Shown piece after piece: positions 1-11,700 of a DNA stretch of 64,000 bases. The notes below the pieces were generated by a model. It was not told where the DNA came from. It did no database searches and worked only from the letters and a program-made list of their open reading frames with translations. Origin of the DNA: Epiperipatus broadwayi (lineage: Eukaryota; Animalia; Onychophora); the NCBI GenBank assembly GCA_028023455.1, contig JAQFVV010000008.1, positions 17,546,001 to 17,610,000 on the forward strand. Reading direction: 5' to 3'. The stretch's first letter is position 1, and each line of letters opens with the position of its first letter. A program made the position numbers and the translations under genes.

Positions 1-297
1 TAAACTTTTATTTTTCTCTTTAATTTTCAATTCCATTTAAAAATCAAATTTCATTTCACTACTATTACTCACCTTTTAAAAATAAACTTGCTGACACTAA
101 ATGATTAATAATTGATTATGTTCTTTTTTAAAAAGCAAAAACAGAATGTGATTTAAAATGCAAAATTAACACGCACAATGTTTGAACAAATTTACATTTT
201 AATGTGTGTATATATAAAATGTGGAAATCATGATTTTAATTTCATTATTGCATAAAATCTTACTATTATAAAGCACTGAAAATATTGAAATTACTAA

Positions 298-465
298 GAT
301 GAAAGTCGAATTCCAATAATGTGCTATTACTTTCAATATAACGTAAGTGCGCGAAATTTATTATTTAAATTAATAGCGCATTATCGGAGTTCGACTTCCG
401 GTGAAACACAAATCGCGTAACTTCAAAATCGTGTTAAATAAGTACGCGTAAAAAGAGACCCAGGT
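298..465. promoter_or_regulatory. Short CpG-retaining, promoter-like patch containing a 29-bp imperfect inverted repeat
   Basis: Many CpGs in an otherwise CpG-poor window. GCGCGAAA (E2F-like on the reverse strand) and CTTCCGG (ETS-like). gaaagtcgaattccaataatgtgctatta (~301-329) pairs with taatagcgcattatcggagttcgacttcc (~371-399) with 4 mismatches. Promoter function is inference. Confidence 0.3.
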
Positions 466-1112
466 GTATTTAATAATATCTTTTTTTTTTTTTTTTTAAA
501 AAAACCTATGAAGATTTATTATTTTCCTTTTTTAATCTTTATATTAATTGAGTTGAAGTTACAATTATAAGCATCCTTCACATTTATTAGTAGTATAATC
601 ATTTTAGAATTACGATTTTCCATAGCAAAGAGTTTTAGCACTTTTAATGAAAGCAGACGATTATTGTTTTCTTTAATCAGATTAAATATAAGTTTCCATG
701 CTTATAAATTGATCAAATATTATCACAAAAATAAATTGATCAAATATTGGGTTATTTGAAATAAAAATTCACTTTATTAAATTACAATTTAAAATCTATT
801 CAAATGATTTATTTATTATTATTATTTTTTTTTACGATGATACTTCAAAACAAATCGTATATATATTTCTTTTTTCTAGAGAGTGCTTATGATTTTTCTT
901 TTAGATTTAACTAATTTACACAGAACTTTTAGAGTTATTTTATGATCAAAGTTATATTTTATGATCAAAGTTATTATATGGAAAATAAACTTTATGCTTA
1001 CTATTTTTCTTTCCAGCTTAATCCTGAAGTCCCTTCTTGTAATAGATGGATTTATTAATGTAGTTCTCAGTTTCCCTCAAGTATGGCTTTGTAGATTTTC
1101 AATCAATAAATT

Positions 1113-1867
1113 CTAATACATTAAAGATCAGCCTTCTCAAGCTATTGTGCATGTGCTTTTTACGAGTGTTAATAATAAATGAATACTTTCATTCCCAATG
1201 CAAGATATAGTATTTATGAAAGAATAACATGAATCCACTTATTCTTTCCAACCCAAATGCTTATATATGGGCAAATCTTAAGTACTGGAAATGAAAGCGT
1301 GAGGATAGACCACTCACTTTAAATTACTGTTTATGATGTCTGAATGAATGACATCAGCGAAATTATCTAGAATTTACTAAATGTCACTCTCAAATGAAAC
1401 TTAAACATATGTAAATAAGCATTTATTTTTATAGCGCTGTTTTATAAATTGTAATACATTAAAGATCAGCCTTCTCAAGCTATTGTGCACACACTTTTTA
1501 CGAGTGTTAATGTATTACAATTTATAAAACATAGCGCTATAAAAATAAATGCTTATTTACATATGTTTAAGTTTCATTTGAGAGTGACATTTAGTAAATT
1601 CTAGATTTCGCCAACGTCATTTAAAGTGAGTGGCCTATCCTCACGCTTTCATTTCCAGTACTTAAGATTTGCCCATATATAAGCATTTGGGTTGGAAAGA
1701 ATAAGTGGATTCATTTTATTCTTTCATAAATACTATATCTTGCATTGGGAATGAAAGTATTCATTTATTATTAACACTCATAAAAAAGCACAAGCACAAT
1801 AGCTTGAGAAGGCTGATCTTTAATGTATTACATTGTAATTTATAAAATATAGTGCTATAAAAATAAA
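1113..1867. mobile_element. Fold-back (inverted) non-autonomous element built from a ~340-bp unit; copy 1
   Basis: The unit (taatacattaaagatcagcc...tttataaattg, ~1114-1450) is followed by ~60 nt of a second unit, then by the reverse complement of the unit plus ~45 nt beyond the unit junction. Flanked by aatcaataaatt (1101-1112) and aatcaatgaatt (1868-1879). Confidence 0.8.
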
Positions 1868-2057
1868 AATCAATGAATTGTAGATTGAAATGTATACTAG
1901 GTGTTATATCCACCAGTTATAATACTCACTGGTGAACAATCTATGCAGTAAGCTAATCCTTGCCCTGACTATATATGCATACAATAATTTATAATCACAA
2001 AGACTAACACAGGTAGAATAAGAAAAACAGATTTAATTATAATACACTAATATATAC

Positions 2058-5000
2058 TATAACAGATGGAAAGATTCCCACTTAGATATATTGATCAGAT
2101 TCAACAATCAGCTGGTTCGATCAGAATGTATGACCAACTTACACAAAGTATTTATGTGATGATACACCTATCTATCAAGCCCCAAACGTTGCTGGTGCCA
2201 GATATAACAGATGGAACAATGACCACTAGCCCCAAAAGTTGATGATGCCAGATATAATGGACAGAATGATCACAACTAATCCCAAACATTGCTAACACCA
2301 GTATAATGGGCAGTACTCTTCATCAAGAGTCATAACTACCAAGCCCAATGATGGTGCACCAGATGAAATGGATGGTCAACTAACTTGCAGACTGTACTAC
2401 TATGCAGATGTAGCAATATGGTGTGGGATAAGTTAATATGCTCTAATTTATTACCCCTAATGAAACATTCTGCAGAGACCTACCAGGCTTAGAAGGGAAA
2501 AAATTGTGTCCAACTATGTTCAGACTGTGGATCATCTGATAGAGTGCTAATGAGAACCCGATGAAATGCTTAACCAATGATTGCATACTCTTTAATTGAC
2601 TAACTCTATCCCTATTTAATAATATTAAATGCAATTTAGGTTAGTTCATCCACTTTTCCCCCTTTTAAATTCCATTATGCCCTAATATTCAAGCCCAGAG
2701 AGAATATTGCTTTTATCTCCTTTAGCAGATATGAACAGGTACACAGCAACACCTGCACCTATATATAGGTTACAACTAGCATTTATTATATTTGTTTTAT
2801 TTTCAAGCTTTTATATGATAAGAAAAATAGATGTGTATGCATGCCTAAATTGTTTATAGACTGTGGAATGTCAGGACAACTCAATAAACCAGAGACCGGA
2901 ATAATACAAACTCTCAAACATTTATTAACAATAATAAATATCAAGTATAACAACAATAGAAATGATAAAAAAATATAAAAAATAATAATAATCATATGTA
3001 CATGTGTCACATGTGAACCTCTACCATTTTACTAATTAATGATTATTATAATCCAACCCTTATACCCCATGGTAGACATCCACCTATGTCACTCATTCTC
3101 TATAAATCATAATTATATAGAAAAATAAACTTTCGTTATTTAATATAATTGAGATGCTGGCTAACTAAATTATATATTTGCAGATGTTAACAACCTATTT
3201 AACAAGTTTCCCCAATTTATATATATGATAGAGACAGATACTAGTTGATTAGTCAAACATACTGGAAAATATATGTACATGGTTAATCACAAAATAAAAC
3301 ATATAATATGTATTCTGTATAAGTGTTGTAATTTAACCTATGAAAATAAATTTAGAGAATCTTACCTCAATATTTATGTGGATAACCTGAAGTGAAGTAG
3401 GTGGGTTAACCCAAATTTTATTTACAATGAAAATAGAAAAATATCAAAGTGAATAATCCCCCCTTTCTTCTTTGCTAATTCTCAAAAAAATGAGGCTTCA
3501 GCATCAGAGTGTGAAAATACAACAGATAACATGAATAACAAAATAATAATAAACAAACAAAAATTTACAATATTGATTCTTTGATTAAAAATTGTAATTG
3601 GAACAAAGTTCATAAAAATCATCATAATAGAAGTAGTAGTAGTTGATAGTTAGGCAAGTTGTTCTTCAAAGCAGTTTCACTTAGTAAATTATTTTCCTTA
3701 GCAAAGATAGATAGGTACAATGGTGTCTCCTGTAATTGTGTTTAATGGTAAACACCTTGATCCTCATTTGATTCACCATAAAGTATTCCAATCCTTGTTT
3801 ACTTTGGACTGCAGACATCTTCTTGTGTGTTTACAATAAAGTAGAAAAATATATATAGATATATAGAGGTTTAATGCAGCTGGTAGGAAATACCATGACA
3901 CACAATAGCATGTTTTGCTCTAGCCCATCTTCATATTAAAGTACAATTTAATAATTATTTGTAATCATAAATTTATATCAGATAATAGAGAAGCGCTTTA
4001 TATATACATTAAGAAAATTATTTCATTTTTTTTTCTTTTCCAATTTTCAGCAGACTTAATTTTCGTTAATCTTTTTGAAAAAATTTAAATAGTAAAAAAA
4101 AATTACTCCAGCAACTTTTAAAACACGATTTAATTATTTAAGATTTTATCACTTACTTTTTATTTTACTTCCTTTCCTCTGAATTTGGTAAACTTTTAAT
4201 TACAGCATTTGACTTTTAAAAATGTTTATAATTTAAATAAAAGAAAAAGCAAAACTCCATATTAGTGTTCTAAATTTTACTTTAAACTACTGTCTATTGT
4301 TGTAGCTGCTATCTCTTTTGATAAGAAGAAAGATTTGTAAAAAGTTTTTGTTTTTATATAAAATGCTGAGAATGTTGATATTTTAAACTGCCTTTTTGTT
4401 TAAATTCATTTAGATTTTTATATGTATTGTTTAAATACATTTCATTTATTACAAATAAAAAATAAAATAAAATCAGTTTTATTTTCACACATGCCCACCA
4501 CAACTTAACTTCAGGCCATCCCAAATTCATTTAACTATAAATTAATATTAAATTTTAAATTAAAAAAAACATATATATATATACATTACAGTTTATTTAA
4601 TCAAATAGTTTTATATATATATACAATATTACTTTGTAAAATACTGATCATATTTTATTTTATAATAAAATAATCTATTGTGCATTATATGTATATATGC
4701 AATAAATAACAAACAAATAATCTTCCCATTATTAATATAAAATTCCAAATGGATTGGGTTCAATAACTAGGCTTGATCTTGTTAGGCATGTGTGCATTTT
4801 AAGCTACCCTTTACAACCCCATCTCCTCACAGGGTTAGAATTTTAATCTGTCATGAAAATTTTAACACTTACACAAGGTTTGCATTTGAAGTTTGATGGG
4901 TTTTTTTTCTTTTTTAACAAATATAAGAAGGGTAGTGAAACCTTATTTTACTGTTTTCTACACTCAACTACACAAATTGCTTTCTATTCTTTCCTAATCA

Positions 5001-8000
5001 CTCTCATGAAATACTTTTCAAGGTGGGTTCAAACATAGGTTGTTTTTTTAAACTAATGATGGTTATGTTTTGAGTACACTAATAAAAATGTGTTTCTGTT
5101 TCAGGTAGCACATATTTTTTTCTTGTTATCCTCTATTCTGCTCCTATTGAGTATTATTGGATTTCCTTTGAGGACTAACAGAAGATTGGAGCAACCATCA
5201 CTTAGTGTGGTTTAACTCTTTTAAATAAAGTGGCCCTAAAGTATTCTAATATTTGCTTTGGCATCCATTAGGGAATACTCTCATCATAATTTTTAACCTA
5301 ACATCATAATATCTATTTTTTTTACTTATCAACATTCATTTTTTTTCCACACATCAGTTGAGTATGGCAATTCTACAATTAGTAAGATTGTCCATAATAT
5401 GGTTTCATAATTTGGATATTATATGTGCCCCTAACTTGTTCTTCCATATCCAAGCAAAATTCATTAGGACTCGATTGTTTAACTATTGTGTAAGGTCCTT
5501 CATATAGATGGTAAAACTTACTGTACTTATTTTCAATTTGCTTACTAACATGAGGTTTTTTTTTATTAAAACTTGATCTCCTACTTTGAAAGTATATGGA
5601 GTTCCAATCTTATTTTTGTTCCTTTTATTGGCCTTACTTACCAATCAAAGATAGGCTTTCTGCACATTTTCCTCCATTTGTTTATATCTAGTCATAGGTT
5701 ATTTAGTGAACAACATGGGAATTGATTGATTAAAATGTAGTTCAATGGGTGTGAATCCTGTGGATTCATTCACTCTCCAGTTGATATAATTAACTATCTA
5801 GTCTATGTCTTACCCACCCTCTATGCTCATCCTTTAGGTAAGTCCGGAATAAACGACCGAGCTCCTGCATTACACGTTTGCAAGGGTTTGACTGTGGATT
5901 CCTAATGGATGTGAGCACATGTTTTATTTGTGATCTTTCCACCCATTTTTTTTTATTCTTTGGATAGAAAAGGGGTACCATGGTCTGTTAAAATGGTTTT
6001 GGGTTTTCCTATCCTCACAAATTGGAGGGTATCTAATACCTTGATGGTATATCTGGTATTAGCTTGGGGTATTGGATAAGCAGAAACATATTTAATAAAG
6101 AGATCATAAGTGACCAATAGATATTTTTGTTTATTAAATGGGGGTAAGGGCCCATAATAATCGATTGCCAAGATCTCATTTGGTGCTTTAGGTAATATTG
6201 ATTTTGCAGCATTATAGTAATTTTGATTTACTGGCTTGGCTTGAAGGCACACTAAACAATCTTGAAGTGATCTTAATATGTCTTTATACATACCAGGCCA
6301 GCAAAACCAATTTCTCAAAGTATGCTCTGTTTTATGGGCATCGTAGTGTCCATATAAACAATGAATATATTTTATGAGTGGGATATGCAATGTTTCTGGT
6401 ATTACTACCCTCCACTCATCTGTAATATTATTTACTTTATATAGCAGGACCTCATTTTCTATCTTATAAAAATCCAAGATCTTTTGGCACATTCAAAACT
6501 TTCTCTCCTTTCAAAGCTCTCATGATTAAGTTTAAATTATTATGATTAAGTTGCAATTCAGGCAGGTTTTCCAAATCGTTCTCTACATTACCATCAGTCA
6601 TCATATTGACATTTGTAATATAGGCATTCTCTACTGATAAATGGCTCTGTTCTGATCCACATGGGTTTCGACTTAGCACATTGGCCACAACATTCTCGGA
6701 TCCCTTGCAATACTGCATGGTGTAATTAAATTCCTGCAATAGCAACCTCCATCTAACTAGATGGCTGTTGGTCAGATAACAGTGGTTTGGGAATTTGAGG
6801 CTTTTGTGATCTGTGACACTATCACCAAGAAGCATCTGTCGAAACTTTTGGAAGGCCCACACTCTTGCCAGTGCTTCCTTCTCTGTTACTGTATAATTTA
6901 GTTCTGGACCTTTCAGGAGTTGGCTGATAAAGTAGAGAACCCCAGGTTGGCCATCCTCCTGGATTTGGGATAATGTTACCACCAATCCAAAACCACTACT
7001 ATCTGTCTGGACTATAAATGGTTTATTAAAATCAGGGAAGGCTAACATGATTTGCTCTAAAAACCCTGTTTTAATTTTCTCAAATGCCTGATCCTGCTCC
7101 TCAGTCCATTTCCATCTCTCGTCTTTCCTGATTAATTTTAATAATGGTTCTGTGTGGTCAGAGAATTTTTGATAGAAACGATGGTAAAAGTTACATAGGC
7201 CTAAAAATGATCACATTTGTTTTTATTAGTCAGTTTAGGAAAGTTCTGAATGGCACTGATCTTGTCTGGATGAGGTCTTATCCCATCACAACCTACGATA
7301 TGACCTAAGAAGATAACCTGGTTTGAGACTAGGGTACACTTCTTGAAGTTGATCTTGATGCCTTTCTGGAAGTACTCCTGGAAAAACATAGTCAGGTGTT
7401 GAAAATGCTTTTCAACAGTGGTAGATGCGACAATCACATCATCCACATATATCATAATGATCTGCTTCACCTCAGGAGATAAGGTCTGATCTAAACATCA
7501 TATAAAAACAGCACCACTATTTACCAATCCAAATGGCATCCTATTAAATTGGTATGTATACCCCTCGTATCAGAAAGCAGTGTATTGGCGATCATTTGGA
7601 TGGAGTTCGATCTGCCAATAACTAGAGGTTAGATCGAAAGTGGAAAACACCTTCTTGTTTCCAAATCTCACGAATAATTCATGTATGGGCAGTAGAATAT
7701 TTTTGTCTGAAATAGTAATTTTGTTTAATTGTCTAGCATCCAAACAAAATCTCATCGACCCATCTTTCTTCTTCACAGTTACGACTGGATTACACCTATG
7801 GTGAAGAGCATTTGGAAATGATCCCCCAATCTAGCATTTTGTTAATTTGTTTGGTTATGACTGTTGATGAAGAGTACTGCCCATTATACTGGTGTTAGCA
7901 ATGTTTGGGATTAGTTGTAATCATTCCGTCCATTATATCTGGCATCATCAACTTTTTGGGCTAGTGGTCATCATTCCATCCATTATATCTGGCACCAGCA

Positions 8001-8130
8001 ACGTTTGGGGCTCAATAGATAGATGTATCATCACATAAATAGTTTGCGTAAGTTGGTCATACATTGTGATCAAACCAGCTGATTGTTGAATCTGATCAAT
8101 ATATCCAAGTGAATCGTTCTGTCCGTTATA
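2058..8130 (-). mobile_element. Element with Gypsy pol (RT-RH-IN) bounded by ~278-bp terminal inverted repeats, 4-bp TSD ATAC
   Basis: 2058-2336 is the reverse complement of 7854-8130 (about 20 differences, many at CpG). ATAC is duplicated at 2054-2057 and 8131-8134, and removing the insert restores the LTR sequence seen uninterrupted at ~12.86 kb. Confidence 0.88.
5400..7853 (-). pseudogene. Degenerate Gypsy pol: RT (7180-7853), RNase H (6464-7048), integrase (~5400-6492)
   Basis: ORF fragments with RFCLDARQLN, FDLTSSYWQI, YVDD, VQTDSSGFG/TEKEALA/TDHKSL, HxxxGH...CxxC, TDHGTPF and PQSNPC. Multiple frameshifts and stops. No gag or protease upstream. Confidence 0.92.
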
Positions 8131-8793
8131 ATACATATTTACACTAATACATTAAAACAATCATAATCTATTTATTAACAAACCCGAAGGTAAAACAAAA
8201 TAATAATGAAGATCTATGCGAACTACTTTATAGTCCCTATGCTGACTCTTGGACATTCGGTGGCCAGCTGTCCACTCTGGGGCTACCATGCTAAATAAGC
8301 AATGTTCAGCCCCTTTCCCAGTTCATCTGCATCGGTAGAGTTCCCAGTTTTTAGTGTCCAAATGCTTTACACTTTCACTCATTTTTTCAGTCCTGATTTT
8401 CTGGATTTGATTGGTCAGATCTTGTCCATCTTAGTCGGATCAATCCCTCCCAATTTATCTTTTGGCTTAAGTTTTACTTTGATTGATTACCCTTTGCAGT
8501 TCAATTGCTTTTTAATTAATCATCTTGTTTATCTGCAAAGTTCCTTCGTTAATTAACCTTGCTATCTAAAAGGATTTGTTTACAGGTTGTTTTAAAACAT
8601 AACACAACTATTAAAGTATAATATTATTTTAAATCCCTATTTACAACATTTACTATTATTATTTTGTGTGTATGTGTATTTTAATTATACACATACATAA
8701 CAATTCCTCCCCCAAGTTCAAAGATTATTTGTTAGTCTTCGAACTTAAAATATAGTCATTTAAATATTTGGGAGGGTTTATTTTCCTTTTTAA

Positions 8794-11700
8794 TCATTGC
8801 CGTGAATTATTTTCCATTTGTAGTGGTGACTTCTCTGTAGGCAAAATGTTTAATTGAAAATCAGTTTCTTCACTGGAGCAAATTTCCGGTTTATTATCAT
8901 TTTTTAGAGTCTTGTCGGTTTCTTTTATGCCGAGATTTAGAATCCAGTCGTCACTTTCATTTCTCCATAGCTGGTTCACATGTTTTTTTAATATCTTACC
9001 ATCGCCCATGTGAACTATCACGACTTCTTTTGACAGATGGTGAATAACTTCGCCTGGAAACCATTGATTTTTTAGTGTGTTCTTTACCCACACCCTCTCC
9101 TGTGGCTGGAATTTATATGAACAACTCTGTTGTTTGTATCGTTGTTTTGTTGGCACTATTTTTGCAAGTTTTGTTCGCAGTTTTCTGCCTAAATATATTT
9201 CCATCGGTGATTTGCCAGATTTGGCCACTGGGGTAGAATGCTGGTGGAGAAGAGCAGTCAATAGAGCTTCATCGATTTTCATTTCACCCATTTTTTTATA
9301 GCTGACTTGAGGCTTTGCACTGCTCTTTCAGCCAGTCCATTTGATTGGGGATGGTATGAAAGGAGGTGAGTACATGTTTTGTTCCCCAATCTTGAATTGC
9401 CCCTGCAAACTTTTCTGATGTGAAACTTGTTCGATTATCTGAGACTAAAGTTTCTGGGAATCCGTGATGAGCAAAAATCTTGTACAGAGTGCTAACTGTT
9501 ACCTCTGTGCTGGTATTTTTCACTATTTTATACTCATCCCATCCTGAATACAAGTTGACTACAACTAGAAATAAATGGCCTTTGAATGGACCACAGTGGT
9601 CTATATGGATTCATTGCCATGGGTTATCTGCTTTTGGCCATGTTTCAAAAGTCGATGGGGTTGCTTTAGTGCACTGTTGGCAGTTCTCACATTTCTTTAC
9701 ATATCTTTCTATATCTACATTGATGTTTGGCCACCATATGACGCTACAAGCTAAGGCTTTTGCCCTCACAATGCCCGGATGTTCCTCATGAAGCAAGTTT
9801 AATATTTGTTGTCTGCCCACCACAGGTATCAGCACTTGGTCACTCCTCAAAATGCATCCTTTACATATGGATAGCTGTTAGCAGGCATTCCATAATTGTT
9901 TGTGAAGAAAACTTGGATGTTTGTTTGGCCATCCTCCTCTTATCTTATGTATGATCCACTGATAGCTGTCATCTTCTTCTGTCCATCAAGCTACAATTTT
10001 GCTATTTAGGTTTTGCTTTTGAAGTACATCTATATAATTTATTTCTCTTTCTAATACTGGTGCTTCATCAAGATTGGGAATGCGTGATAATGCATCTGTG
10101 TGCCCAATTTGTTTTCCCTTTTTGTATTGCAGACTGTAATCATAGCCTGCAAGAACATTAAGCCAACATAACATTTGGGGGCTTAAATAATCAGGTGTAT
10201 GTTTATTTTCGAATATTTCCAGCAGTGGTTTGTGATCAGTTATAATAGTAAATTTCCTCCCATATAGATATTGGTGGAATTTTTTCACTCCGAACAAAAT
10301 TGCGAGCGCTTCCTTGTCCAATTGGCTATAGTTTTTTTCTGCCTTGGACAATGTGCATGAAGCATATGCTATAGGTCGCTCTTCTGACTGGGCTGGGTGA
10401 CTTAGTACTGCCCCGACTCCAAATTCAGATGTGTCGGTGGTCAACATAATTTCCAGATCACTGTTATAATGTACTAATAATTTCTCTGAAGTAAGCAGTG
10501 CTTTAGTGTGAATAAATGCTGTTTTTTCTTGCTTGTCCCATTTCCATTTCTGGTTTTTCCTCAGTAGATTATATAAAGAAGTGGCCACATGGGCTTTTTT
10601 TTTAAAAAAAAGTTTCTAAAAAATTCACCAAGCCTAGGAAAACTTGTAGTTGCTTCATGTTTGTGGGTCTTGGTGCTTCTGCTATTGATTTAGCCTTTTC
10701 AGGGGAATGGGATGTGGCACTTTTCGATATAATGAGGCACAGGAATTTAATGTCCTTAGTTTTCCAAATGCATTTTTCAGTATTCAGCTTTGCGCCAAAC
10801 TCATTTAGCCATTCACATATCTTATCTACTTCGTTTCTAAGTTCTTTGTCTGTGGTTGCTGTTACAAGGATGTCATCAAAATATGGTATGACTCCATCTA
10901 ATCCATTGAGGAGAGTTTCGATTTTCGACTGAAATATACTAGGGGCCGATGTTATTCCACATGGTAGTCTTTTACATTTGTATAGCCCAAGATGCATAGT
11001 AATTGTCAGTATTCTGGAAGCTTCCTCTGTAACTTGTATTTGATGGAATGCAGCGTTAAAGACTAACTTCACAAAGAAATTGGATTTCTGCAAAGAAGCG
11101 ATAACTTCTCTAGCGTTTGGTACAGGGTATGCACTCTTGTTTAATGCTTTATTTACAGTTACCCTGTAATCCCCACACAAGCATATCTGACCATTAGGTT
11201 TACTTATGATTACTACTGGGGTGGCCCAATTTGACTTTTCCATGGGTTTCAACACCCCTTTCTTGATGAGATTGTCTATTTCTTTTTCTACTTTTACTTT
11301 CTGAGCAAACGGTACCTTTCTAGGTTTGCAAATTATGGGTAGAGCTGACATGTTCATTTCTAACAATACTGGCTCAGTTTTAATAATTCCCGGCTCCCCA
11401 TTAAATAAATTTGGAAATTTATTTTCCATTTTTTTTTCCAACTCGACATTTTGTATGAATGTCAATCTAATCCCTAATTTATTAAACCACTCATGGCTGA
11501 TTAATGGATTTATCAGGGCATGCACTATATATAACGGTAAATTGACAATTTTACCCTCTACTCTATTTACTGGAGTTTTAACCATGCCCTTTATTTTAAT
11601 AGCATTGACATTTATGTCTAACGCTTTCATGTCAGTTTTTACTATTTCGGGTGTTTGCTTACAATTTTTTGTAATGGTCTGCCAATTGTGTAGTGAAATT

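Noticed and set aside
706-980. 18-20-bp local duplications (706-745, ~937-975)
   Set aside because: Ordinary slippage in AT-rich DNA.
1017-1080. Exon (tttccag acceptor, gtatgg donor) as part of the Macro gene
   Set aside because: The only open frame (LILKSLLVIDGF...) has no Macro similarity and does not phase with downstream candidates.
1345-1400. Hammerhead ribozyme in the fold-back unit (CTGAATGA...CGAAA)
   Set aside because: The core has an extra base, helix II is not conserved between loci, and no NUH triplet with a pairing helix I could be built.
2140-2310. CRISPR-like repeat-spacer array
   Set aside because: Eukaryotic context, only 3-4 imperfect units, no cas genes; explained as subrepeats of a terminal inverted repeat.
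2058-8130. DIRS-type element (inverted terminal repeats)
   Set aside because: The integrase is DDE/Gypsy-type and a 4-bp TSD is present; no tyrosine recombinase or internal complementary region seen.
8302-8556. ORFs 8302-8556 and 13044-13256 as duplicated host genes
   Set aside because: They are the same segment of the two LTRs, differ in stop position and have no recognisable domain.
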